DNA of 62,975 nucleotides, counting the filler, from Octopus bimaculoides (lineage: Eukaryota), in assembly GCF_001194135.2 (NCBI RefSeq). It is 7 parts of 7 records of this genome, joined end to end, with 100 filler letters (N's around TTAATTAATTAA, not from the genome) between each part and the next. Parts side by side here need not be neighbours in the genome. Positions count along the whole stretch, not along the records: positions 1 to 15,143 come from NC_068981.1; 6 more parts are not named here. One strand, written 5' to 3'. This document shows, piece after piece, positions 1 to 11,914 of the stretch; within the stretch, counting starts at the first letter, position 1, and every line of letters begins with the position of its first letter. Both the position numbers and the translations under genes were made by a program. Below the pieces are notes generated by a model that was not told where the DNA came from, ran no database searches, and saw only the letters and a list, made by a program, of their open reading frames with translations.

Positions 1-135
1 TATATATATATATATATATATCAATTAGTTTACTTCGTGAATAGCAAAATATCATTGTTTGTAACCCCAGAGAAAACGTTCCATACGACTGGAAAAAAAT
101 AAGTACATCATAATAAATAATTGCATTTTTATCAA

Positions 136-171
136 CTATTTGTCTCCCACTGGGCATGAAGGAAATACAAT
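136..171 (-). CDS. Candidate terminal coding exon (E7) of a speculative minus-strand gene; IVFPSCPVGDK*
   Basis: Acceptor cattttatatattccag|ATT, phase 0, stop TAG at 136-138. Manual model only; no homology recognised. Confidence 0.3.
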   Translation of the reverse strand: MVFPSCPVGDK

Positions 172-609
172 CTGGAATATATAAAATGGAGCGTGATACC
201 TACATATATCTAACGCATGTGTGTAAAGGTGTATACGTGTGCGTGTTTGCGAGCTCATATATATATGCATACACACATGCACACACGAACAAATAGATAT
301 ATAGTTCGTAGATATGGATAGTACACACACACACACAGACACACATACTCATACACACACACGTAATTTTACTTCACTCTCACAACCATCGAAGAGTGCG
401 TAAGAAAAGCTCATGATATTAAGAGACATCCGCTTCTTCTGTGTTACATATCTATTTATCTAGCCCTCTCTCATATTCCTCTCCTCTGTTCATATATGCG
501 TATAAACATATCTATAAACACAAACCCAAGTATACATACTTATCTTTGCACATACAATCAGACTTAGATATAACTCACATATATAGATATATGTAGATAT
601 TTTATGTTT

Positions 610-745
610 TACATGTTTAAGTCATTGGACTGCGTCCATGCTTGGGTATTGCATTGTAGTGTTTAGTCGAACAAATCGACCCAAATAAAAATTTATCTAA
701 AGTCTCTTTGTAGCAGTGTGGTGGGGAGATAAACACAGACATACA
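610..745 (-). mobile_element. Decayed right-half fragment of SINE family A
   Basis: Contains gtcattggactgcgtccatgct and tagtcgaacaaatcgaccc, matching the right half of the more intact copies. Confidence 0.55.
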
Positions 746-763
746 TTCCCATACACCCCACAA

Positions 764-796
<33 letters not shown>

Positions 797-807
797 ATGC
801 TTGCATT

Positions 808-838
<31 letters not shown>

Positions 839-990
839 TTATAGAGAATGAAAGAGAGATAGAGATAGATAGATAGATATATATATAGAGAGAGAGGCTT
901 CCATACAGTTTCAGTCAGCCAACTTTAAGATCCGCGATGTGGAATTGAATAAGAAACCACATGATTACAAAGGGATCTTCTTTATCTCAC

Positions 991-1025
991 CTCTGTGTCT
1001 GCGCCTATTTTATCAACAAAAGTTA
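991..1025 (-). CDS. Candidate 35-nt exon (E6); (V)TFVDKIGADTE
   Basis: Acceptor ccctcatgtcacag|TA, donor GAG|GTGAGA; open frame, phase 1 to phase 0. Confidence 0.3.
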
Positions 1026-1784
1026 CTGTGACATGAGGGCCAAGAGTTTCCTGCCCTTATCAAACATGAGTATATGTACCCGTACATACGGGTGAACTTC
1101 CATGTAAATAAATGAAGCCATATAACAACTCACTCACATTAATCTAAGAACGCCGGAATCACAAAAAATATACTACCTACACACATCGTGTACGAATCAT
1201 AATCCCTTCCGTAATCAAATACATGAGTATAGCAATAAAAAACTCTTAAAGCCGATCTCAAACTTCAATAAACCTAGCCACCTAAGGCAGCCATGATATT
1301 CCATTATATTACAATGACATTACAACGAAACATTTCTTGATGAAGTGGAAACAACAAATTAGGGAATCACTAAACCTATTTTATCGTAGCTTTTTAGAAA
1401 ATTTTCAGTGTAACTATAAAATGTAAGATGTACACTGCTGAATAGGACGTACATGTATGAGAGATTCTCATCCGTTAGCCATGTATCTAGAATACGAAAC
1501 CATTGCAACTCATTATATTGCAGCACAAAGATTTTTAATTGGATTGGAAAACACTAGTTGACAGCACAACAATTAAATGGAGAATTCCACGCCAAAATGA
1601 GGAGAGTACAATACAAGCGTTACTAATAAGAAGCCATCTATTTAATATAAACGCATAAATAGATAAGACACATACACAAAAAAAAAAATGATATATCAAT
1701 AATATCATGAGACCTGCTTGCACATACCCTAACATATAATGCTGCACAGAGGAGTTTTCCAGTCATTATATTATTTCTAAGTAC

Positions 1785-1830
1785 CTTTGTAACAAATGAC
1801 AGAAGCTACTGGCTGCCTGTGCCTACATTT
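1785..1830 (-). CDS. Candidate 46-nt exon (E5); KCRHRQPVASVICYK
   Basis: Acceptor tcttatttaatttag|AAA, donor AAAG|GTACTT; phase 0 to phase 1. Confidence 0.3.
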
Positions 1831-2007
1831 CTAAATTAAATAAGAGATCATGAAAGTCTTGGAACGCCAGAATAATGGAATTAGGAATGTTTTGCGCCTA
1901 AGCAAACATAACGAATTAATACGCTGGTATGAAAAAATATTTTATAGAAAATATAAAAAATTAGAACGTAGTCGGCTTGCCCCTGATATATATGTATAAA
2001 CTGTTCC

Positions 2008-2048
<41 letters not shown>

Positions 2049-2464
2049 NNNNNNNNNNNNNNNNNNNNNNNNNNNNNNNNNNNNNNNNNNNNNNNNNNNN
2101 NNNNNNNNNNNNNNNNNNNNNNNNNNNNNNNNNNNNNNNNNNNNNNNNNNNNNNNNNNNNNNNNNNNNNNNNNNNNNNNNNNNNNNNNNNNNNNNNNNNN
2201 NNNNNNNNNNNNNNNNNNNNNNNNNNNNNNNNNNNNNNNNNNNNNNNNNNNNNNNNNNNNNNNNNNNNNNNNNNNNNNNNNNNNNNNNNNNNNNNNNNNN
2301 NNNNNNNNNNNNNNNNNNNNNNNNNNNNNNNNNNNNNNNNNNNNNNNNNNNNNNNNNNNNNNNNNNNNNNNNNNNNNNNNNNNNNNNNNNNNNNNNNNNN
2401 NNNNNNNNNNNNNNNNNNNNNNNNNNNNNNNNNNNNNNNNNNNNNNNNNNNNNNNNNNNNNNNN

Positions 2465-2500
<36 letters not shown>

Positions 2501-2503
<3 letters not shown>

Positions 2504-2630
2504 TCTCCGTATTCTTTCTGTTGAAGAGCGTAGCTCGAAACGTCAAAGACTTTCCGTATTCCCGAGCGTCATACTAATACATCCTTTTGTTGTTTACACC
2601 ACCTGTCCTCGTCCGTTGTTGTTTTTTATA
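2501..2630 (+). mobile_element. Short PLE-associated repeat (family H1, probable pseudo-LTR/3' end)
   Basis: Homologous to 50170-50310, 58780-58900 and part of 45905-45965; sits directly after a (CA)n tract; contains a hammerhead-like motif. Confidence 0.65.
2513..2549 (+). ncRNA. Minimal type I hammerhead ribozyme-like motif with A6U core variant
   Basis: TCTTT-CTGTTGA-A-GAGC(GTA)GCTC-GAAAC-GTC-AAAGA: 5-bp stem I, 4-bp stem II, palindromic ACGT stem III, GUC site. Activity untested. Confidence 0.6.
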
Positions 2631-2670
2631 CATACATATATATATATAGATATATGTATGTATATATATA

Positions 2671-3072
2671 TTCTTTTACTTGTTTCAGTCATTTGACGCC
2701 GGCCATGCTGGAGCACCGCCTTCAGTCGAGCAAATCGACCCCAGGACTTATTCTTTGTAAGCCTAGCACTTATTCTATCAGTCTCTATTGCCGAATCGCT
2801 AAGTTACAGAGATGTAAACACACCAGCATCGGTTGTCAAGCGATGTTGGGAGGACAAACATAGACACACAAACACGCACACACACATATATATATACATA
2901 TACATTTATATATACGACGGAATTCTTTCAGCTTCCGGCTACCAAATGCACTCACAAGGTCGGCCCGAGGATATAGTAGAAGACACTTGCCCAAGGTACC
3001 ATGCAGTGGGACTGAACCCCGAACCATGTGATTGGTAAGCAAGCTACTTACCACACAGCCACTCCTGTGCCT
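2671..3072 (-). mobile_element. SINE family A, full-length bipartite copy
   Basis: On the minus strand: A-box-like tggctgtgtggtaag, B-box-like gggttcagtccc, CORE-like ccttgggcaagtgtctt, internal TA/CA tract, tail gactgaaacaagtaaaagaa. Confidence 0.85.
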
Positions 3073-3073
3073 T

Positions 3074-3119
<46 letters not shown>

Positions 3120-3684
3120 CATACAAATTTGTGTTTATATATTAATTTATATATATGAATAACTTGTAAACGCAAACACATACACACACACAGGTACACA
3201 CACGCACATACACACATATACACACATATGTATATATATATATATGTATGCATTGAAGAGAATACTTACATTTTGGTAAAATTTTAGGATAGCGAAACCA
3301 GTTACGAAAATATTTGTTCAATAACCATGCAACCAAGTTGTGTTTATAGAAGGCAAGCAAATGCACCCGTTTATGGAGACACTACCCCTTTCAAAATATG
3401 TCTTTAATATTCATGCAAAGTATTCCTGCATGTTAAAAGTGCAATTCTGTTATCTTTATATTTATACAATTTCAAATTTGTAGAAAGCATGATTTACTAT
3501 GATCCTCTGTCACCTAACATCGGCTATCATTTGCGCAAGCATTACAAATTTTAAACACACTTCCACGTTTAAGTGCTTTTCTTTTAAAATTTTGATTGCT
3601 CAGAGAATTTAATGATTTAAGTCAGAGGTCAAATGAATTTCGTTATATTTCAAATTTGATGAATTCTTTGCTCCTAAACAATTA

Positions 3685-3735
<51 letters not shown>

Positions 3736-3738
<3 letters not shown>

Positions 3739-4188
3739 TAATCCCTCAACTATCGCAAGTGTTACGCTTCANNNNNNNNNNTTCAAAACCTCCCACAGAA
3801 ATAATTAAAACCTAAAAAAATATAAATACCTATCGGCCGCGGAAACCCGTGGTATACTAAGGAGTCCGCGATATAAATTTACATATATTTATTTCTTTAT
3901 TGCCCACAGGGGGCTAAAAATAGAGGGGGAAACAAGGAGAGACGAAGGGATTAAGTCGATTACATCGACCCCGGTGCGTAACTGGTACTTATTTAATTGG
4001 CCCCGAAAGGATGAAAGGCAAAGTCGACCTCAGCGGAATTTCAACTCACAACGTGACGGCAGACGAAATACCGCAAAGTATTTCGCCCGGAGTACTAACG
4101 ATTCTGCTAGCTTGCTGCCCTTTAAATTTACATATATTAGCCAGAAAAATCCGCGATAGGTGAACCGTGATACGGTGAGGGATTACAG
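3736..4188. mobile_element. Tigger/pogo-like MITE with TA target duplication, interrupted by a SINE
   Basis: Left end TA-CAGTAATCCCTCAACTATCGC; right end read as reverse complement TA-CTGTAATCCCTCACCGTATCAC; subterminal aaatccgcgat motif. Confidence 0.7.
3890..4122 (-). mobile_element. SINE family B (tRNA-derived) with 16-bp target-site duplication
   Basis: Minus-strand head with gcagaatcgttag (A box) and gagttgaaattcc (B box); identical taaatttacatatatt at 3874-3889 and 4123-4138. Confidence 0.9.
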
Positions 4189-4189
4189 T

Positions 4190-4227
<38 letters not shown>

Positions 4228-5119
4228 GTCTGTGTGTGTATGCATGTGTCTGTGTGTGCATGTGGGAGTTTATATGTAATTAATACCTGTATACAGTTAC
4301 CTAAATATACATGAACTGGACGCATTATATAATCAGCATTTGTTAAGTTTGTTTTTTTTTGGCTGTTGGATTACTGGTTAGGGAGCCTTACTTGTCTATA
4401 TTGTTAGGATGGCTATATTTATATATTTGATCTTAATATTTCATTGCAGAAGGTTTTTGATTTATATAAGGAGTGCATTCTTTATTACTACAGATGCGAC
4501 TAAAACCACAGAAAAAGACATTTCACAACCTAATTTTTATTTTCACTTATTGGTTTCTAAATTAAGATTCGATTAAGAGGGCAGTGTCCATATCTTTTCC
4601 GCGTCACTTACAACAGATAAATAGCAACAATATAAAAACTATAGCAAATAAATGGACAACTACCATAGACGAAGCCCAAATTATGCATCAATAGGTATCA
4701 GTCAATGAAAACGAAAGCAATGCGCAATATATTGAATATACTGCGATATATGTAAATCTTCCTTAACGAACACAGTTTCCGTTGCAATATCTCATGCCTC
4801 GAGTCACGTGTCATGAGTATAAATTTACAATACTCTGTACACCGCATAGGGAATACTGTTTTTGCAGCCATTTAACAAATATAGTATCTTGGTTTATATA
4901 ATGTAATGTAATATAACCGTATGTATATACGTATGTATGTATGTATGTATGTACGTATGTATGCAAGTATGTATGTATGTATGCATGTATGTATGTATGC
5001 ATGCATGTATGTATGTGTAGTAATTATTTTATTCTGCCTATTACAGGGTCTACGAATCTTCCTCTTATAATGTTGTAATTAGTACCAATACTATATATAT
5101 ATATTTGAATCATCGTATG

Positions 5120-5168
5120 TCTTTTCTTTTATCTTTCTTTTATTTCTTTCACTCATTTGACTGCGGCG

Positions 5169-5253
<85 letters not shown>

Positions 5254-5404
5254 CGACGAGCTTTCAGTTTTCGTCTATCAAACCCATTCACAAGGCTTTG
5301 GTCTGCCCGAGGCTACAGCAAAAGACACTTGCCCAAGATGTCACGCAGTTGGAATGAATCCAGAACCCTGTGTCGGAGAAGTAAGCAACTTACCATACAG
5401 CCAC
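5120..5404 (-). mobile_element. SINE family A, internally deleted copy
   Basis: Left half intact; most of the right half is missing, so the tail is joined directly to the (TA)n tract. Confidence 0.75.
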
Positions 5405-6215
5405 ATTTACACGCGCGCGCGCGCACACACACACATACACACACACGGACATATACACTCATTTTCACAACCGATTTAACCACAAAAACACGCAGACTAG
5501 ACCACCCAGTCGTCCCCGTCACCATACACACACGCGCAGCTAGCGAGGATGCACACACACAGCTACCCTGATTTTCCCTCTACTGCCACTCTCCTCACAT
5601 TAGGAATTACACCAAAAATTCTTGCGGGATGAGGTGCAAATCCCAGCAGATCTGAGACCCAAATTACCTTGAACAAAAAGCCGAACTCCCAAACAGATCA
5701 CAGATAGTCAATGCATGAACACTCGCAAACACAAACACACATAGAGGCAGGCACGCTTATGTACGCACACAGCCCACGTATAGTGGCATGCACGCACACA
5801 CACACGCACACGCGCGCGCACATGTACTCTTCATTTACATTCACCCTTCCGATTTCTTGTAAGCAACCACACTTCTACACACATGCGTACAAGCTTAATA
5901 TACACACATGCATAAGTTTAATTATCAGACAGGCTCAAAAAAGACCTGAAAGTGAAAGGGTATGTCATTAATGAGGTCGTATATAGCGGTGAAAGGACTT
6001 TGATGGAGAAACAAACGATTGATTGTTTAAGCAACACATCAAACAAGTGATCGATTACTTAGTTGGTTATACAATATTAACCGATTGGCTAACAATAAAG
6101 AAGTGATGCTGTAACAGTGTGTGTGTTTATTCGTGTGATAGCACTCCCAAAATAAAAGATTTGTGTCAATACACGAATTCACATCCACAATCTTGCATAC
6201 TATATGCTAAACCAA

Positions 6216-6268
<53 letters not shown>

Positions 6269-6348
6269 NNNNNNNNNNNNNNNNNNNNNNNNNNNNNNNN
6301 NNNNNNNNNNNNNNNNNNNNNNNNNNNNNNNNNNNNNNNNNNNNNNNN

Positions 6349-6548
6349 TAGGTTAGTTGAAATATGTTTGTCATATATTTCAACTGCTAAGTGCAAATCC
6401 ACTGCAGTTACCGTGGAGAAAAATCTCTCTTATGGTAGAAAGGTGTGAAAACACCCCGATCGTTCAGCGTCGCTATCTTTCAGAAAACTCAGACATCGAT
6501 CTTTCGAGTGTTTTGACTCTTGTCAGTGAGATGTACATAAGAGAGATT
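6349..6548 (-). repeat. Dispersed partial copy of the ~335-nt hammerhead-containing unit (family H2)
   Basis: Collinear with 49440-49635; begins at an N gap. Confidence 0.8.
6488..6530 (-). ncRNA. Hammerhead-like motif H2 (core CUGACAA)
   Basis: CTCA-CTGACAA-GAGT(CAAAAC)ACTC-GAAA-GATCGAT-GTC-TGAG. Confidence 0.5.
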
Positions 6549-6769
6549 TCGTTATTAGGATCATAAAATCTAATACCGAAGGACAATACAGGGCAATACA
6601 AAACATTAAAAAGAAATACTCAGCGAGTTATTTTTCAGTTCGTTCTTTTTTTACACAAAAATATATCAAGTTAAAAATAGATGATTTATATGATTTAAAA
6701 ATTTAGATTTCCTTTATATTTTTTCTTGTTGGTCTACTGTCCAATGGCTACAACCTTTTTTTTTTCCCT

Positions 6770-7910
6770 CGTGGTAGATTAAGTAGGGACACTCACTCCC
6801 AATTTCCATACTACATCCTTCCATCGTTTCTCCTATATACTTCTAGACAGGTGCCTCCTCTCCAGCCCTTGCTTTTCAGGTGATACCTGAAGTAGTAAAG
6901 CATTCCAGAGATGAAGACCCCTGACTTCTTACCTTGCATTCTGGTTCTCCATGCACACTCTTTCATAACTGCGACTTTACACAGAAAACAAGCCTCACCT
7001 TCCTTGGACAGTCCGGTGGGCGGTACATTCTAAATCACAGACTCAGCCAATAGCTGTACTCTTCCCAGATGTGACAACACGTGTTCTACGTAAATTGTCA
7101 TCTCCGAAAGATGGTTGCACCGTACAAGAGCGTGCAGGATAGTTTCCCTATCCTGCCCACATCTTGGGCATTCGGGTGGCACTACAATTCCGTGCCTAGA
7201 CAATTTATTGTGAACAGGTAATGCATTCCTGAAACAATGCTAGTTCAGGGATATATCCAAATATCCCGACCTGAAAGTGTTCCGAAACACGTTGGATAGC
7301 TGGTTTCCATCGAGTCCCAGCGTCTCTCCTAGAACGTCGTCACTTCTACCAACCCTTAATAAAATTCAGAGGTGGTATTCCCGCAGCCGGCCTTACCCTC
7401 CCTGTGGATTAGCGCAAGTGCCTGCCGGCATTTCTTTTGCCATTCAGTCGTTTTTAGTCTTTTAATAAAACCGGGTTTGAATTCCTCCAAGGAGGCTGGT
7501 CGTGTGAAGAACTCCCCTGCGAGCGAATTCCACACCTGATCACCATCCAGGTAAAGTCAGAGATGCCTTAATCTCAGTGCATGCCTGCACATCAGCAACC
7601 ACGGCATCCCTAGGCCACCCTTTAACGGTTCTTGACAGCACACGGAGCGTCTCACAAGCGGCTTTCCCCTCCACAAAAAAACGAAAGAGTATTCGAACCA
7701 GTTGTTTAAGCACAAATCAGGGCAAGGGATGGCAGTCAGTCGGTAGGTGATAACTCACGCAATAAACGTCTGTATCATCTCTGCCCTTCCTTTCAAGGAG
7801 AGCGCCCTCCCAGGCCAAATCCGGGTTAGCGTCTCTACCTTGCTCGTCACCTCACGCCAATTCTTCTCCGTCTGGGAGCATGGACCAAACCATACTTTTA
7901 GCATATTTTC
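6770..7910 (-). mobile_element. L1/Tx1-clade LINE ORF2 3' fragment (decayed)
   Basis: Reconstructed across stops and frameshifts: W..RALSLKGRAEMIQTFI, RILFRF(L)WRGK, GGLGMP, and zinc-knuckle-like CPRCGQDRETILHALVRC. Confidence 0.8.
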
Positions 7911-8189
7911 ATGAATATTGATTTTGCTTTTAAATTCGTGACATCAAGTGGATCAGTATGTCGACGAATACAGAGTCCTATCTCCCTACGTCGAGAGAGT
8001 GGCCAAGATCATGTTGATGTTCGAAAACTTTCCAGGGACACATGGAAAGGAACATATGTGCCAGGTTCCGGATCCGTCTTGAAACTGTGTTGGAAGCTGA
8101 AAATGGCTACTTTGAGTAAACTGTTATCTACCAGCAATAATTTTATCTTTATAAGATAGTGTTTTCTTTCCCATTTATGAAAACTCTGA

Positions 8190-8900
8190 AATTCTCTGAA
8201 ATTGTCTAAGATCGAAATCCGTCCTAAACAACTTAACTGGATCAATATTTCCTAGCAAACAATGCTCTACAAATCGTGATCGTTGGTATCCACTCTATTT
8301 CAGCAAGCCACACCGATGGTCTTCCCCTAACCACTGTCCTTAGTCTACTTCTCTTCATAGTATATACTAACGACATCAATCACATCAAACCAATGATCAG
8401 AAGCAACATACTGCTACATTATCGAAATTTATATTCATGCACTTTGGGAAAGAGAATGCACTAACAAAGGGAAAAACATATATCCTTCTTCAGGAAAGCC
8501 ATTCATGACATCCAATGGTGTCAGAGAGTCAGGAGTGGTTGTTGACAAAACTATCAGCTGGAATGTTCGCTTCAACGATAAAGTCGAAGTGCATTACAAT
8601 GTGAGCCTTTGAATCGTCAAAATTCTCTGCTCCAGAATTACTGAAACAGATTTAACATCCAGTCACAATTTATCCAAAGCCAGGACTCCCTGCCTACACA
8701 AATCAACATCATAGCGTATAGGCACATTTTAACACAGCCAGCCCCTGCTCTACTTAATGTTGTGGCTACCCACCAAAGAAATTCAAAGTAGGAACAGATC
8801 TCTTCCTTTGAGGGATATCTGACAAACCACCTATACATGGATACATCTTAGACAGCATCAACTTCCTACTTGAATGGGCCATGGAACTCCGAAACTCGAT
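8190..8900 (+). mobile_element. CR1-like LINE reverse transcriptase remnant (very decayed)
   Basis: LNWINIFL...DGLPLTTVLSLLLFIVYTNDI resembles SGVPQGSVLGPLLF.IYINDI; IHALWE/MHFGK-like and SGVVVDKTISW (RDLGV.VD..L.W) segments follow. Confidence 0.55.
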
Positions 8901-9079
8901 GACTTAGCAAATATTATTAGATGATGCTATTAATATAGACATGCCCTCGGCCATTTTCGGTTGAACTATATATAAATTTAAATTGTGTGTGCGCGCGCGC
9001 GCGTGCGTAAAGAGATAAGAGAAACGCACATTAAGAAGTTCATCAGACCAGCCCCGACTTTGATTGGTAACCTGCTTAC

Positions 9080-9102
9080 ATTAATAGTTACTGTATATCC
9101 AT
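9080..9102 (-). CDS. Candidate 23-nt microexon (E4); (D)GYTVTIN
   Basis: Acceptor aactaaag|AT (weak tract), donor AAT|GTAAGC; phase 1 to phase 0. Confidence 0.25.
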
Positions 9103-9777
9103 CTTTAGTTATATAAACATTAAATCTGTTGTTAAAATCAAGCCTTACGTTACACAAATTTATTTATTCAATTATTCAAAGGCCAGATTTGTTTTGTCAT
9201 ACAGTACATGTATCTAAACATTACAAAAAAAGCAGTTTCAGTTCTATTACTGCATCCGAATATTTACGAGTATTATAAAGTTTCTTAACTTTCATACGCG
9301 ATTGTATGTAATACATATTTATGTAACTTAAAATTCTGGAGGCAGTGGTCTAATATGTTGTGCAATATGTCACGAATGAAAGACGAAATCTAGTTCCATA
9401 TCCTATAAATAATGATGAAATATTACTTCAGCATGTAACATCTGTATCTAATCAAAATAGGAATTGCACTAAAAATAAGGTAGAATATAGATGGTAATTA
9501 GAAAGAAAGTATTTGAGAGAATAGAGAATATCAAAATATGGACAGTTTAAAAGAGGCACAAAGGAGTTAAGAAGATCCTAGTCATTTGAAGAGGGAAACA
9601 GAGATCTTTCTGGTAATAAACTTGGATGAAGTCATCAATAAACGATAGGTGATGTAAAAGATCTGCTATCTAGTAGTCTTTAAATTATGTTTACTTTGCA
9701 GAAGGAAAACAGAAATTTCATACATACAGTTACTGACATCAAAATGCAAGTATGGAAAGATTATTCAAATGTAGGTA

Positions 9778-10300
9778 CATGCGTGGCTGTATGGTAAGAA
9801 ACTTGCTTCCCAACCACATGGTTCCGGATTCAGACCCACTGTGTGGCACTTGGGCTATTATTTTCTACTATGGCCTCGGGCCGACCAAAGCCCTGTGAAT
9901 GGATTTGGTAGACGGAAACTGAAAGAAATCCGTCGTATCAATATATATATATATATATANNNNNNNNNNNNNNNNNNNNNNNNNNNNNNNNNNNNNNNNN
10001 NNNNNNNNNNNNNNNNNNNNNNNNNNNNNNNNNNNNNNNNNNNNNNNNNNNNNNNNNNNNNNNNTATATATACATATGTGTATGTGCGTGTGTGTGTCTA
10101 AGTTTGTCCTTCACCACCATCGCTTGACAACCGGTGTTGGTGTGTTTACGTCCCTGTAAGTTAGCGGTTCGGCAAAAGTGAACGATAGAATAAGTACTAG
10201 GCTTACAAAGAATAAATCCTGGGGTCGATTCGTTGTACTAAAGGCGGTGATCCAGCATGACAGCAGTCAGACGACTGAAACAAATAAAAGAATAAAAGAA
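9778..10300 (+). mobile_element. SINE family A, full copy spanning an N gap in its internal TA tract
   Basis: Both halves and an (AATAAAAG)n-type tail are present. Confidence 0.85.
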
Positions 10301-11339
10301 TAGCTATATACATCACGTACTCTAATATTTAATAGAATCTTTATCGAAAGCCATGAACGAATTTCCACTCATTCTAGAGTGGTAAAGGCATAAGAGAAAA
10401 ATATCCACGCAAAAAAAAAAAAAAAAAAAAAAACTATCATGAAATCTGTGACATTAAGATCAATAAATCTGAATCATCGAACAGACATCAGTTTGGGACA
10501 AATTGCTAAATTGCAGAAAAAACATACTGATAAAAATAATTCAAAAAGTACTTGGAGTTTTACTAGTCTGAGCAAATGAACGAACTACATGAATCTAATG
10601 AATATCCAAATACTAGGATCACATTTCAAAATTTTATACCCAATAACTTCAAATAAAAATATTCCTAGACGACATTCAGCAATCTACATTCCTAGATAAC
10701 TTTCTTTTATCCAAAATATATTTTTGTTCGGAAGCATTAAATATGACAAAGAGCATTATGAACATCTCCATTGTCTATACTAACAAGACTAAGAGAACAT
10801 CTTTATTATACATTCCCCAAACATAGGTTTTATTTTTGTGCTGTTGATTTCATGTGATTTTACTTAACTCTGTATGTGTACACCAATTAAGATAAGAACA
10901 CCACTATATTGATGACTAGATATCCGCTCCAAGCATCCTTCAAGTACTCAAAAGTTTCACTGATTACATTCTCAGATATTTTATTGTTTAAACATGTCGA
11001 ACTACTGATACAGCCTAATTGTTTTTAAGCAAGTGTATGTGAGAAATTTCTTTCAAAGTAACTCAGGTGGTGGAAAAAGAACAAGAATAATCGTTGCATT
11101 TGATATTTTTATTTCATTTTTACGAAATATATAAGTCAAAGAACATACAATGCAATAAGGGACGAGGCAAAATCAAGAGCAACATATTTAATGAATTAGA
11201 CTGCGTAATAAAGTGAGACAAAGAAAGCGATGGAATGTAGTGAGTATCAGAATATTGATAAAGGAAACTACTTCAGGAAAGTGTCCTGCATATTAAATAC
11301 GAATAGATTGGCGTCTCACATCGTATACTATAGTTAGTA

Positions 11340-11790
11340 CAAATATTTCCATTACCCACCATTAAATATGAAGTAATATGATAAAATGGTGTTTGTTTGA
11401 AATGTAAATTAAAAATTAAAAATTACTGCTTTTGATTTTGGTTAATACACTTTAGTTTGAGAGTCTTTAATCCATATATTCTTCCTTGGTTGATCTGTAA
11501 TAATCCATAATAGTTATGTGTAAAATCCATTATATTATCCTGTATTCCAAATATAGTTTATAGATTTAGATAATATAGAATAATGGAATCCTGTATTGAT
11601 AAGCATATATAGATAACTTTTCTGCTCCTCAAAAATATCAAATGTGTAATTTGCATAATTTAGCGAATGGTATTTTTCTTTCTAAAATTATGAAGTAATA
11701 TGAGAAAATGGTGTTTGTTTGAAATATGAATTAAAAATTAAAAATTAATTCATAATTTTCTAAAATTACTTTCTGAGGAATATTCTAATA
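11340..11790 (-). mobile_element. Possible L1/Tx1 3' remnant containing a ~60-bp direct repeat
   Basis: Faint HLIFLRSRKV..IQD..LNL.TIFGI resemblance to L1 C-termini; repeat copies near 11367-11427 and 11689-11748. Confidence 0.3.
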
Positions 11791-11821
11791 TTGATTTACT
11801 GATATTAATGATAATATATAT

Positions 11822-11914
11822 AGGCGTAGGCGTGGCACCTTGGACAAGTGTCTTCTACTATAGCCTCGGGCCGACCAAAGCCTTTCAGTTTCCGTCTATG
11901 GAACCCACTCATAA
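11822..11914 (+). mobile_element. Rearranged SINE A fragment (deletion plus local inversion)
   Basis: ggcgtagg|cgtggcacc lacks the tRNA head; 11883-11914 is the reverse complement of ttgtgagtggatttggtagacggaaactgaaa. Confidence 0.75.
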
